Origin: an uncultured Piscirickettsiaceae bacterium
GTDB lineage: Bacteria > Pseudomonadota > Gammaproteobacteria > GCF-002020875
Direction: 5' to 3'
DNA: 43,108 bases
Assembly (NCBI GenBank): GCA_964647745.1
Contig: CAZYJG010000002.1
Span: 1 to 43,108 of the forward strand
Each line of letters begins with the position of its first letter. The stretch's first letter is position 1. Below are positions 1 through 9,173 of the stretch, in pieces. The notes beneath the pieces were generated by a model. That model saw nothing but the letters and a program-made list of their open reading frames with translations, made no database searches and was not told where the DNA came from. The position numbers were made by a program, and so were the translations under genes.

Positions 1-96
1 ATAATGTATATTATGTTAAATCGTGTATGTAGAGCCAGTAACTGAATAGATTAGTGGTACCCGTCTGTTCAGGTAGATTTGCCGCCCTACTGTCTT

Positions 97-1050
97 TTAG
101 CTTGAGGTGCCAAACCAGAAGTCATCCCCTTTCTGGAGGAACATCTCTGCCGGCATCAGATGGGTGCCATCACAGGAGAAGATCACCTCAACCATGCCAC
201 TGATGACGTTGATGATTCCGGTACGCAGATAGATGGTGTCATCACCAGTACGTAATTTCTGGAAACGGTTGAGAATCGGACGCACCATATCGGTCATGAT
301 TTTCGCACTCTCTGGATAGGGACGTCGTGGATAGGCAAGACAGATAGAGGGATCCAGAATCTCATCCAGAACATGTGTATGTTCGTCGTAGGGGTCCTCC
401 AGAACCCACAGGGTTGCCCTTGAACTGGGAAAACGGATTGCAACCCTGAAGACGCCCCGCTCTACCAGCAGTTCATCCATGATATTGAGTACCTCATCCA
501 TATGCTCATCCATCGCCCCGGGAACAAAGGTCTGCTTGAAGAGCTGTTTGCGTATTGCCGGATCCCCTTTCAGCTGCTTCCAACTGCACTCAGGCAGGTA
601 CGCACGCTCCTCCTGAGGGAGCTTTCTGAGATCAAAGTCACCAATCAGATAGCCAAGGAGCTCCTTGCCATTTGTTACTGGCTGGATTGCAGTGATGCAG
701 GATCGATGGAGTGTGGAGCTGATATAGACCTCGGTCAGCATCATCTGGTCAGACTCCTCCCCCTTGAGGTAAGGCATCAGCAGTTCATAGCGGATAGCCT
801 GATTCTCTGCCATCAGCTCATTGACCATCACATCACTATGGGATTTTCCTGTTGCATGGATTGTGTAGAGACGGGTACAGAAAGAGAGATCAGCCCAGGG
901 CTGGATCTGTTTGCCAAGAAGCCTGCTTATCTTGTTGTGGTCACTCCAGAGTCGGGCAGACTGATCTGCCACCCTCTTCATGACAGGCGAGAGAAATTCG
1001 ACAAGACGCTCACGACGACCTGAAATGGTCTTTGCCAGAAAAGATTTCAT
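97..1050 (-). CDS. hypothetical cytoplasmic protein, 317 aa (no catalytic motif recognised; weak PAS/Cache-like sensor flavour only)
   Basis: ATG-initiated ORF (cat at 1048-1050). Amino-acid composition is balanced and codon usage is CTG/GAG-rich like the neighbours. No signal peptide or TM segment. The opposite-strand ORF 502-1023 looks like a shadow. Alternative start at Met24 (979-981). Confidence 0.6.
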   Translation of the reverse strand: MKSFLAKTISGRRERLVEFLSPVMKRVADQSARLWSDHNKISRLLGKQIQPWADLSFCTRLYTIHATGKSHSDVMVNELMAENQAIRYELLMPYLKGEESDQMMLTEVYISSTLHRSCITAIQPVTNGKELLGYLIGDFDLRKLPQEERAYLPECSWKQLKGDPAIRKQLFKQTFVPGAMDEHMDEVLNIMDELLVERGVFRVAIRFPSSRATLWVLEDPYDEHTHVLDEILDPSICLAYPRRPYPESAKIMTDMVRPILNRFQKLRTGDDTIYLRTGIINVISGMVEVIFSCDGTHLMPAEMFLQKGDDFWFGTSS

Positions 1051-1071
1051 GTTTTCTGATAGATTAAGCGC

Positions 1072-2064
1072 ATGACAAAGATTCTGTCAGTACAGCTCAA
1101 GCACTCCCCCCATGTAGTTACCTCCTATGACTGTAGCAGCGAAGAGAGTTTGCTTCAAGCGGGACTTCGTGCCGGTATCCCCCTGCGTTACAAGTGCACC
1201 AATGGCAGTTGTGGTGAGTGCAGGTCTCGACTGATCCGTGGCGAGATCCGTGCAATACGTGGTCAGGACTATCCACTGGCCTATCGTGAGAAGTCGGGAG
1301 GGTGGTTTCTCTCCTGTACCCATGCCCCTGTCACCTCTGTAGAGATGGAGGCACCACTCTTCTCCAGTGTGGTTGAGCTCCCCCACCAGACTATCCAGGC
1401 ACGAGTCAAATCCGTGGAGTTTCTTCAACAGGATCTTGCGATTCTGACCCTGCGTACCCCCCGCTCCAACACCTTCCAGTTTCTTGCAGGACAGGATGCA
1501 CTGCTCTCCTCCCCCCAGGCAGCGCAGCGCTACCCTGTTGCCAGCTGTCCCTGCAGTGGCCTGGAGCTGGAGTTTCATGTCCGGAAAAGCGAGAGTGACC
1601 CCTTCTCTCAGCTGCTCTTCTCCTCATTCAAGCGTGGAGATGCGGTTACAGTTGATGGGCCGCGTGGTACCTTTCTGCTGAATGAGGCCTCCAGTCGCCC
1701 CATTATCTTCATTGCATGGGACACTGGCTTTGGATCCATTCAGAGTCTGATGGAGCATCTGATCTCACTGGAGATCTCCAACCCGGTCTCTCTCTACTGG
1801 GTCTCGCCAACAAGGCCCTACCGGGAGAACCGTGCCCTCTCCTGGAACAGTGTAATTGACACTTATCGCTACCAGTGGATTCACTCTGATCCAGCGGAGT
1901 GTGCGGATCCTGTAGAGCAGTTGCTGGAGCAGCTGCAGCAGGATGGGACAGTACCTGAGGCCGACCTCTATGTTACGGCACCGGCCGATATCCTGATCCC
2001 ACTGGGTGAACGCCTGCTGGAACTGGGGCTGCCTGAAGAGCAGCTCCGTGCATCACCGCTCTAG
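1072..2064 (+). CDS. 2Fe-2S ferredoxin domain fused to FNR-type FAD/NAD(P)-binding oxidoreductase (AscD / phenol-hydroxylase-reductase-like architecture)
   Basis: N-terminal plant-type ferredoxin cysteine pattern (KCTNGSCGEC...LSC). An RxYP/S-type flavin motif (QRYPVAS) and a GPxGxF nucleotide-binding motif (DGPRGTF) follow. The 330-aa length is typical of this fusion. Confidence 0.85.
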   Translation: MTKILSVQLKHSPHVVTSYDCSSEESLLQAGLRAGIPLRYKCTNGSCGECRSRLIRGEIRAIRGQDYPLAYREKSGGWFLSCTHAPVTSVEMEAPLFSSVVELPHQTIQARVKSVEFLQQDLAILTLRTPRSNTFQFLAGQDALLSSPQAAQRYPVASCPCSGLELEFHVRKSESDPFSQLLFSSFKRGDAVTVDGPRGTFLLNEASSRPIIFIAWDTGFGSIQSLMEHLISLEISNPVSLYWVSPTRPYRENRALSWNSVIDTYRYQWIHSDPAECADPVEQLLEQLQQDGTVPEADLYVTAPADILIPLGERLLELGLPEEQLRASPL

Positions 2065-2068
2065 GAAT

Positions 2069-3460
2069 CTACTGAACAATCTCGAAACAGGGGGTGTAGG
2101 TGGTGGTCGGGAGACGCATGCGGTGCTGCTCCACAAAGTTGTGCAGGACGATCTCCAGTGGCTCAATGATCTCGGGGTCACCACGTAACTGGTAGGGCCC
2201 CCTCTCCTCTACTGCACGAATCCCCTCCTCACGCACATTACCGGCAACGATACCGGAGAAGGCACGGCGCAGATTTGCAGCCAGATGGTGGGCACCCTGA
2301 TCCCTGTGGAGGTTGAGGGCGGCCATCGATTCATGGGTGGGGTGAAATGGTTGCTGGAACATCAACTCGATATGGAGCTGCCAGTTGAAGAAGAGCGCAT
2401 CTCCACTCCCCTTGCGATACTGAATCACCCTCTCGGTCGCACGGTTGATCTCCTGTGCAACGGCAACCGGATCATTGAGGATAATCTTGTAACGCTGCTG
2501 GGCCTCGTAACCGAGACTCTTGCCAATGAAGTCATTCAGCTCAACGAAGTATTGATGGCTGGAGTCAGGCCCCGTCAGGATCAGTGGAAAGGGGATGTGG
2601 CTGTTCTCCGGATGGAGCAGGATTCCGAGAAGATAGAGCAGCTCCTCGGCTGAGCCAGGGCCGCCGGGAAAGAGGACGAAGGCGTGGCCGGTACGGACAA
2701 AGGCCTCAAGACGTTTCTCGATGTCGGGGAGCACAACCAGGTTGCTGACAATCGGGTTGGGTGGTTCCGCAACAATGATCTCCGGCTCGGTCAGCCCAAT
2801 ATAGCGACCCGAGTGAATTCTCTGTTTGGAGTGGCCAAAGGTGGCCCCCTTCATCGGCCCCTTCATGGCGCCGGGGCCACAGCCGGTGCAGATATCCAGG
2901 CAGCGCAGCCCCATCTGGTAACCGACCTCCTTGGTATAGGCATACTCCTCCTCATTGATGGAGTGGCCACCCCAGCAGACAGCAAGGCCAGTATGGTCAC
3001 CACGGTCAAAGATTCCTGCCCGACGGAGGATGTGAAAAACGGTATTGGTGGCCACTGAACCCTCATCGCCCTCCCCCTGTTCCGTGAGTACACTCTCATG
3101 GATCTTATGGGCATAGAGGAGATCACGAATTGCCGAGAACATGTGCTCCCGAATTCCGCTGATCAGCTTGCCATCGACAAAGGCATCAGCTGGGGCATTG
3201 ATCAGCTCAAACTGAATCCCCCAGTCCTGTTGGCGGGGGATGATATTAAAGTCGTGATAGTGTTCCAGCACCTGTTTGGAGTCGTCAATATCGGTGCCTG
3301 TATTGAGAACAGCCAGGGCACTGCGGCGGAACAGCTCGTGAAACTCTCCCTTCTTGTCTGTGGTTCCAAGAATCTTCTGAACCTCCTGCTGGGAGAGGAT
3401 TCCAAGCGCCTCATCCGGGGAGATGGTGGCGTTGATGCGGTTTCCACTGAATGCTGTCAT
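2069..3460 (-). CDS. ppnN: nucleotide 5'-monophosphate nucleosidase PpnN (YgdH, LOG family)
   Basis: Aligns by eye along the N-terminus with E. coli PpnN (LFRRSALAVLNTG..., FELINAPADAFVDGK...). LOG-family PGGxGxxEE motif present (FPGGPGSAEEL). 463 aa. GGGGGA Shine-Dalgarno upstream of the ATG. Confidence 0.9.
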   Translation of the reverse strand: MTAFSGNRINATISPDEALGILSQQEVQKILGTTDKKGEFHELFRRSALAVLNTGTDIDDSKQVLEHYHDFNIIPRQQDWGIQFELINAPADAFVDGKLISGIREHMFSAIRDLLYAHKIHESVLTEQGEGDEGSVATNTVFHILRRAGIFDRGDHTGLAVCWGGHSINEEEYAYTKEVGYQMGLRCLDICTGCGPGAMKGPMKGATFGHSKQRIHSGRYIGLTEPEIIVAEPPNPIVSNLVVLPDIEKRLEAFVRTGHAFVLFPGGPGSAEELLYLLGILLHPENSHIPFPLILTGPDSSHQYFVELNDFIGKSLGYEAQQRYKIILNDPVAVAQEINRATERVIQYRKGSGDALFFNWQLHIELMFQQPFHPTHESMAALNLHRDQGAHHLAANLRRAFSGIVAGNVREEGIRAVEERGPYQLRGDPEIIEPLEIVLHNFVEQHRMRLPTTTYTPCFEIVQ

Positions 3461-3485
3461 CTATGATTTCCCCCTGCTGTCTGGA

Positions 3486-4520
3486 TCACCACTCCAGGAT
3501 CACCTTGCCCGACTCCCCGGAACGCATCACATCAAACCCCTGCTGAAACTCTTCGATCGGGAAACGGTGGGTGATGATTGGTTCCACATTGAGTCCGCTC
3601 TCCAGCATTGCGGTCATCTGGTACCAGGTATCGAAGATCTCGCGCCCATAGATCCCCTTGATGGTGATCATCTTGAAGATCACCCGGTTCCAGTCAATGC
3701 AGGTATTGGAGGGTGGAATCCCAAGCAGCGCCATCTTCCCCCCATGGGCCAGGGTCTCCAGCATCGAGGAGAAGGCGTTGGGGCTTCCTGACATCTCCAG
3801 CCCGACACCAAAACCATCCTGGATCTGTAGCTCCTCCATCACCTGCTCAATCGCCCCCTCATTGATGTTGAGGGTGCGGATTGCAGGGTCCACCTGGTGG
3901 GCCAGGCCAAGTCGATACTCATTGATATCGGTCACTACCACATTGCGTGCCCCAGCGTGACGACAGATGGCGGCTCCCATGATGCCGATAGGTCCGGCAC
4001 CAGTCACCAGTACATCCTCCCCCACTACCGGGAACGAGAGTGCGGTGTGGACCGCATTGCCCAGGGGATCGAGAATGGAGGCGATCTCATCGGAGATTGC
4101 ATCAGAGAGCGGAAAGAGGTTTTCTGCCGGTATCGCTAGCAGTTCGGCAAAGGCCCCCTCACGATTCACCCCGATCCCCATGGTATTGGGGCAGAGGTGG
4201 CGTTTTCCTGTCAGGCACTGGCGACATTTTCCGCAGGTAATATGGCCCTCTCCGGAGACACGATCCCCTGGCTTGAAGCCCCTCACCTCACCGCCAACTC
4301 TCTCAATGACACCGGCAAACTCATGCCCGATGACCATCGGAACCGGTATGGTCTTCTCAGCCCACTCATCCCAGTTGTAGATATGGATATCGGTTCCGCA
4401 GATGGCGCTTTTGCGGATGCGCACCAGAACATCGTTGGGGCCAATCTCTGGTACGGGCACCTCACCCATCCAGATCCCCTCCTCTGCCCTGCTCTTGATC
4501 AGTGCTCTCATCTGGCTCAT
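3486..4520 (-). CDS. tdh: L-threonine 3-dehydrogenase
   Basis: N-terminus is near-identical in pattern to E. coli Tdh ([32 protein letters not shown]...TIPVPMV.GHE). 344 aa. ATGA overlap with the kbl stop at 4517-4520. Confidence 0.95.
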   Translation of the reverse strand: MSQMRALIKSRAEEGIWMGEVPVPEIGPNDVLVRIRKSAICGTDIHIYNWDEWAEKTIPVPMVIGHEFAGVIERVGGEVRGFKPGDRVSGEGHITCGKCRQCLTGKRHLCPNTMGIGVNREGAFAELLAIPAENLFPLSDAISDEIASILDPLGNAVHTALSFPVVGEDVLVTGAGPIGIMGAAICRHAGARNVVVTDINEYRLGLAHQVDPAIRTLNINEGAIEQVMEELQIQDGFGVGLEMSGSPNAFSSMLETLAHGGKMALLGIPPSNTCIDWNRVIFKMITIKGIYGREIFDTWYQMTAMLESGLNVEPIITHRFPIEEFQQGFDVMRSGESGKVILEW

Positions 4521-5713
4521 GATTGCTCGATTACCCCCAGTTCACGCCCAACCCGGGTAAATGCCGCAATGGCCCGGTCCAGCTGTTCCATGGTGTGGGC
4601 AGCGGTCATCTGGGTGCGGATCCGCGCCTGCCCATGGGGAACCACAGGGAAGGAGAATCCAACCACGTAGACCCCCTCCTCCAGCAGCCGCTCTGCCATC
4701 TCACTGGCCAGCTTTGCATCCCCGATCATCACCGGGATGATTGGATGCTCTCCCGGGACCAGGGTAAACCCTGCAGCCTCCATCCCGGTGCGGAAGTGGC
4801 TGCTGTTTGCATGAAGCTGCTTGCGCAGGTCAGCGCTGCCCTCCAGCAGATCGAGCACCCGGAGTGAGGTTGCGGCAATCACTGGTGCCAGCGTGTTGGA
4901 GAATAGATAGGGGCGGGAGCGCTGTCGCAGCCACTCGATGATCTCGCGGCGCCCGGAGGTATAGCCACCGGAGGCCCCGCCCATTGCCTTGCCCAGGGTA
5001 CCGGTGATGATATCGACCCGCCCCATCACACCACACAGCTCCGGGGTCCCCTTCCCCTGTTCACCGACAAAGCCAACGGCATGGGAGTCATCCACCATCA
5101 CCAGTGCATCATAGCGCTCCGCAAGGTCACAGATCTCCTGCAGTTTTGCGATTGATCCATCCATGGAGAAGACTCCGTCGGTTGCGATCAATCTGTAGCG
5201 GGAGGATTGTGCCTGCTTCAGCTTCTCCTCAAGATCCGCCATGTCGCTGTTGCCATAGCGATAGCGGGTCGCCTTGCAGAGGCGGATCCCGTCAATGATG
5301 CTGGCATGGTTGAGCTGGTCACTGATTACCGCATCCTCATCGCTGAGAATGGTCTCAAATAGGCCTGTATTGGCATCAAAGCAGGAGGAGTAGAGGATGG
5401 TATCCTCAGTCTCCAGGAACTCACTGATGCGCTGTTCCAGCTCTTTGTGGACCTGCTGGGTGCCGACGATAAAGCGCACCGAGGCCATTCCATACCCCTG
5501 CTGCTCCAGCGCCTCCCTGGCCGCCTCAATCAGCTGCGGATGGTTGGCGAGCCCCAGATAGTTGTTGGCGCAGAGATTGGTGACCTCTCTGCCACCCTCA
5601 ATCGTGATGGTCGCCTGCTGTGGTGAGGTAACAGTGCGTTCTCCCTTGTAGAGCCCGTTTTCCCGCAGTTCCTGCGTCTGTTCGGCCAGATGGTTGAGCA
5701 GAGATTGAGCCAT
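4517..5713 (-). CDS. kbl: 2-amino-3-ketobutyrate CoA ligase (glycine C-acetyltransferase)
   Basis: 398 aa, the same length as E. coli Kbl. Class-II aminotransferase/AONS-family pattern ([30 protein letters not shown]). Canonical kbl-tdh order. GAGGA Shine-Dalgarno. Confidence 0.95.
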   Translation of the reverse strand: MAQSLLNHLAEQTQELRENGLYKGERTVTSPQQATITIEGGREVTNLCANNYLGLANHPQLIEAAREALEQQGYGMASVRFIVGTQQVHKELEQRISEFLETEDTILYSSCFDANTGLFETILSDEDAVISDQLNHASIIDGIRLCKATRYRYGNSDMADLEEKLKQAQSSRYRLIATDGVFSMDGSIAKLQEICDLAERYDALVMVDDSHAVGFVGEQGKGTPELCGVMGRVDIITGTLGKAMGGASGGYTSGRREIIEWLRQRSRPYLFSNTLAPVIAATSLRVLDLLEGSADLRKQLHANSSHFRTGMEAAGFTLVPGEHPIIPVMIGDAKLASEMAERLLEEGVYVVGFSFPVVPHGQARIRTQMTAAHTMEQLDRAIAAFTRVGRELGVIEQS

Positions 5714-5778
5714 GGGAGTCCTCTTGTAGTTCTTGTTCTGTAAGGGTTTGGTGTACTGGTTAAGTTACTAGAGTATCC

Positions 5779-6183
5779 CTACCCGAGATGAATCACAAGC
5801 CTGCGCCGATGGCTCGACTGGCGGTGTTCCCAGAGGAAAATCCCCTGCCAGCTGCCCAGCACCAGATCACCATCCATGAGCGGTATTCCAAGGGAGGTCT
5901 GGGTCAACATCGACTTGATGTGGGCGGGCATATCATCCTCCCCCTCATTGACATGGGTGTAGAGTGCATCCCCCCTGGGCACCAGCCGGTTGAGCCACTG
6001 CTCCAGGTCGCGTTGGCAGGCAGGGTCGGCGTTCTCCTGAATGGTGATGCTGGCGGAGGTGTGTTTGATAAAGAGGGTACAGAGCCCCTCCTCTACCCCA
6101 CTCTCCCTGACAACCTCGCGAACCTGGCGGGTGATCTCATGTAGCCCTGCATGGTTGACCGACAACTCCATTTCTCTGACCAT
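5779..6183 (-). CDS. yjbQ: YjbQ-family protein (secondary thiamine-phosphate synthase enzyme, UPF0047)
   Basis: Typical YjbQ core (FIKHTSASITIQENADP...DMPAHIKS...LGSWQGI.L.E.R). I start it at the internal ATG 6181-6183 (MVREMEL...), giving 134 aa. The 186-aa track ORF would overlap bioA. Confidence 0.85.
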   Translation of the reverse strand: MVREMELSVNHAGLHEITRQVREVVRESGVEEGLCTLFIKHTSASITIQENADPACQRDLEQWLNRLVPRGDALYTHVNEGEDDMPAHIKSMLTQTSLGIPLMDGDLVLGSWQGIFLWEHRQSSHRRRLVIHLG

Positions 6184-6224
6184 AACTGCTTCCTCACTGA
6201 ATTCAATGGCCGTATCATAACGCG

Positions 6225-7544
6225 ATGACCACCCCGACAGACAAACTTCTGCAATTTGATCGGGACCACCTCTGGCACCCCTACAGCTCAATGAGCGATC
6301 CACTGGAGGTCTATCCTGTGCAGTCGGCCAGAGGGGCACGCCTCACCCTGGAGAATGGGCGCCAACTGATTGACGGGATGTCCTCCTGGTGGTCTGCGAT
6401 CCATGGCTACAACGTTGAGGAGATCAACACCGCCCTGCAGCAACAGATGGGGGAGGTCTCCCATGTGATGTTTGGTGGTCTGACACATCAGCCTGCTGTT
6501 GAGCTGGGACGGCGCCTGATCGACCTCACCCCGGAGCCACTGCAGAAGCTCTTTCTGGCAGACTCCGGCTCCATCGCTGTTGAGGTGGCGCTGAAGATGG
6601 CGATCCAGTACTGGATCTCACAAGAGCGGCCCAACAAGCGGGGCATTTCCGCCCTGCGCGGTGGCTATCATGGCGATACCTTTGCAACCATGGCGCTGGC
6701 GGATCCGGACAACGGGATGCATACCCTGTTTCAGGATCTCCTCTCGGAGACCCACTTTGTACCGAGACCCGACTGCAGATATGGTGAGGTGTGGGATCCT
6801 GAGGCAGCCGCACCACTGCAGCAACTTCTTGAGCAGGAGCATGAATCTATTGCAGCACTGATTCTGGAGCCGGTGGTACAGGGTGCGGGGGGGATGTGGT
6901 TCTACCATCCGCAGTTCCTGAAGGAGGCGCGAGCACTGTGTGACCGTTATGAGGTGCTATTGATCGCCGATGAGATTGCCACCGGGTTCGGGAGGACGGG
7001 TGAGCTGTTCGGCTGTGACCATGCCGGGATTGTTCCGGATATTCTCTCTCTCGGAAAGGCGTTGACAGGCGGCACCATGACACTGGCCGCAACCATCACC
7101 ACTTCTCACATTGCCGACTCCATCTCCTCTTATGGGGAGGGGACGCTGATGCATGGCCCCACCTTTATGGCCAACCCCCTCGCCTGCCGTGCCGCCAATG
7201 CAAGCATCGACCTGCTACGCTCCTCCCCCTGGAGAGAGCGTGTCCAATCTATTGAGAGCAGGCTGATCGATGGGTTGGCATCCTGCAGGGGAGCGCCTGG
7301 GGTAAGGGATGTTCGGGCAGTGGGGGCCATCGGGGTAGTCGAGATGGAACAGCCAGTTGATATGAAAAGGGTACAACCACAGTTTGTGGAGCTGGGTGTA
7401 TGGGTGCGCCCCTTCGGCCCACTGATCTATCTGATGCCCCCCTACATCATCACCCCGGAAGAGCTGGAACAACTGACTGCTGCGGTGGTCAGGGTTGTTG
7501 AGACGATCGGGCAAGACGCTGCTGCATCGACTGCAGAACAGTGA
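6225..7544 (+). CDS. bioA: adenosylmethionine-8-amino-7-oxononanoate aminotransferase
   Basis: BioA N-terminal signature (FDRDHLWHPYSS...VYPV..A.G..L.L.NG..LIDGMSSWW.AIHGYN) and class-III aminotransferase body (ADEIATGFGRTG). 439 aa. Confidence 0.93.
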   Translation: MTTPTDKLLQFDRDHLWHPYSSMSDPLEVYPVQSARGARLTLENGRQLIDGMSSWWSAIHGYNVEEINTALQQQMGEVSHVMFGGLTHQPAVELGRRLIDLTPEPLQKLFLADSGSIAVEVALKMAIQYWISQERPNKRGISALRGGYHGDTFATMALADPDNGMHTLFQDLLSETHFVPRPDCRYGEVWDPEAAAPLQQLLEQEHESIAALILEPVVQGAGGMWFYHPQFLKEARALCDRYEVLLIADEIATGFGRTGELFGCDHAGIVPDILSLGKALTGGTMTLAATITTSHIADSISSYGEGTLMHGPTFMANPLACRAANASIDLLRSSPWRERVQSIESRLIDGLASCRGAPGVRDVRAVGAIGVVEMEQPVDMKRVQPQFVELGVWVRPFGPLIYLMPPYIITPEELEQLTAAVVRVVETIGQDAAASTAEQ

Positions 7545-9138
7545 CAGCAGGTGGAAGTGGCTCCCCCTCGGTATGGATGGAAACAGGACTGCGGTAGCGC
7601 AACAGTCGATTGGCAGATTGCCGCCACTCCCCGTTGATATAGAACGCCCTCTCTGCAGCCCTTACGATCTCTTCTGCGGTCAGCAGGAGCTCCCTGTTTT
7701 CGGTTTCACTGCCCCACGCATGGAGCCCCTCTGCAACATAGGCGTAGTCCTCCAGTGCTGCCGGGGCTGCACTCCCCTGTTGGAGCAGACGCAACAGTTC
7801 TCCTCCCTTCCATTGTCTGGAGAGCAGTGACTGCGCCAGCTGGTTGCCAATGCGGCGGTGCTCCCCCCTGTGGCCAGTGGAGAGTGCCTCTGCCAGCGCG
7901 CTCAACACCAGTCCGTTCCATCCGGAGAGAACCTTGGTGTCGCGTGGCAACCTGTGTAGAGTGCGCAGCTGCCGGAGTTTTTCCCTGATGCTGAGGATCA
8001 GCCCCCGATGCTTTCCGGTTGCACTGTTGAGATCAGGGAGAAAGAGGTGGATCCTCCCCTCCAGTTCCGTGCGGTTGGGGTACCATAACCGCTGGAATAG
8101 CCCCCACTCCTCATCACTCAGTGCCCTTCTGATCTCATCCGGATCGAGGAGATAGTACCCCCCCTCAATACCTGCATCGTCAACGGCAGAGAGGCTGGCG
8201 ATAAACATTCCATCGCCATCGCTCATCCTCTCCACCATGAAACCGAGCGTCTCATAACCGACCCCGAGATAATCCTCTCGCTGAAACAGCCTGCCGGCAC
8301 GCAGATAGAGCAGCGCGAGCTGTGCATTGTCATAGAGCATCTTCTCGAAATGGGGGGTGGACCAGTCCGGATCGATGGTGTAGCGGAAGAACCCACCATC
8401 AATCGGGTCGTGCAGCCCTCGGGTTGCCATGCTGTCGAGCGTTGTGATCAGGAAGTCATACAACTCATCGTGAGGCTCACCCTCCCTGCTCTGTTGCTGC
8501 AGAAGCGTCATCCCGGTCAGAAGATGCGGAACCCCGGGAAACTTGCTCTGGGCACCAAATCCGCCTGAGAGAAGGTCGGCACCGGTGAGGAATGCCTCAA
8601 TGGTTGGTTCTCCACTCTCCCCCATCACTTCCCGGCTACCCTGCTGCAGTTGCTGGACAACATCATGGGCCAGCTTCATCATGGCTGCAGGGTCGTCTCT
8701 CCACCGTCTCTCCAGCTGCAGCAGGAGTGTCTTCAGCTCATCCGGAGGCAGATAGACAAAACCAAGAAGTGGTGTTCCATCAGGTGTGAGGATGACCTGC
8801 AGGGGCCAGCCAGCACGCCCGGCGGTTCTCTGTGTGAAATCGATCAGATCCCGATCCAGCGTTGGGTTGAGCTCCCGATCCACCTTGACCGGGATAAAGG
8901 CGCGGTTGATGATTGCAGCAATTTTCCGGTTCCGGAAACTCTCCTGCTGCATCACATGACACCAGTGGCAGGCAAAGTAGCCACTGGAGAGCAGGATCAG
9001 CCTCTTCTTCTCCTCAGCCTGATGGAGCGCCTCCCTCCCCCACAGCTGCCACTCTGTGGGGTCATCGGCATGCTGCTGCAGATAGGGTGAGGGGGAGTCT
9101 GCCAGTGGTGAGGCAATAGCAGTGCACTGGTTGCTCAC
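7489..9138 (-). CDS. DUF255 thioredoxin-fold domain protein (YyaL/SSP411-like), 549 aa
   Basis: N-terminal SPYLQQHADDPTEWQLWG...SSGYFACHWCHVM motif is typical of DUF255. The remainder looks like an alpha/alpha-barrel region. GTG start (cac at 9136-9138). The 3' end overlaps the bioA 3' end by 56 nt. Confidence 0.8.
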   Translation of the reverse strand: MSNQCTAIASPLADSPSPYLQQHADDPTEWQLWGREALHQAEEKKRLILLSSGYFACHWCHVMQQESFRNRKIAAIINRAFIPVKVDRELNPTLDRDLIDFTQRTAGRAGWPLQVILTPDGTPLLGFVYLPPDELKTLLLQLERRWRDDPAAMMKLAHDVVQQLQQGSREVMGESGEPTIEAFLTGADLLSGGFGAQSKFPGVPHLLTGMTLLQQQSREGEPHDELYDFLITTLDSMATRGLHDPIDGGFFRYTIDPDWSTPHFEKMLYDNAQLALLYLRAGRLFQREDYLGVGYETLGFMVERMSDGDGMFIASLSAVDDAGIEGGYYLLDPDEIRRALSDEEWGLFQRLWYPNRTELEGRIHLFLPDLNSATGKHRGLILSIREKLRQLRTLHRLPRDTKVLSGWNGLVLSALAEALSTGHRGEHRRIGNQLAQSLLSRQWKGGELLRLLQQGSAAPAALEDYAYVAEGLHAWGSETENRELLLTAEEIVRAAERAFYINGEWRQSANRLLRYRSPVSIHTEGEPLPPAVTVLQSMQQRLARSSQQP

Positions 9139-9173
9139 GATCAGGAGCAGCAGTGCAGTCAGATGAGTCTGGA

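Noticed and set aside
502-1023. 173-aa plus-strand ORF inside the 317-aa gene.
   Set aside because: It is shorter, fully nested antisense, with no Shine-Dalgarno and shadow-like composition.
5779-6339. Long N-terminal extensions in track ORFs: yjbQ (5779-6339), kinase (26127-27230), guaB (29064-30629), ycfJ-like (30617-31282), pseudo-receiver (32669-33136) and the cytochrome (start at 39506).
   Set aside because: The extensions overlap neighbouring genes or begin at TTG/GTG without a Shine-Dalgarno. Internal starts with Shine-Dalgarno motifs reproduce canonical family N-termini or lengths.
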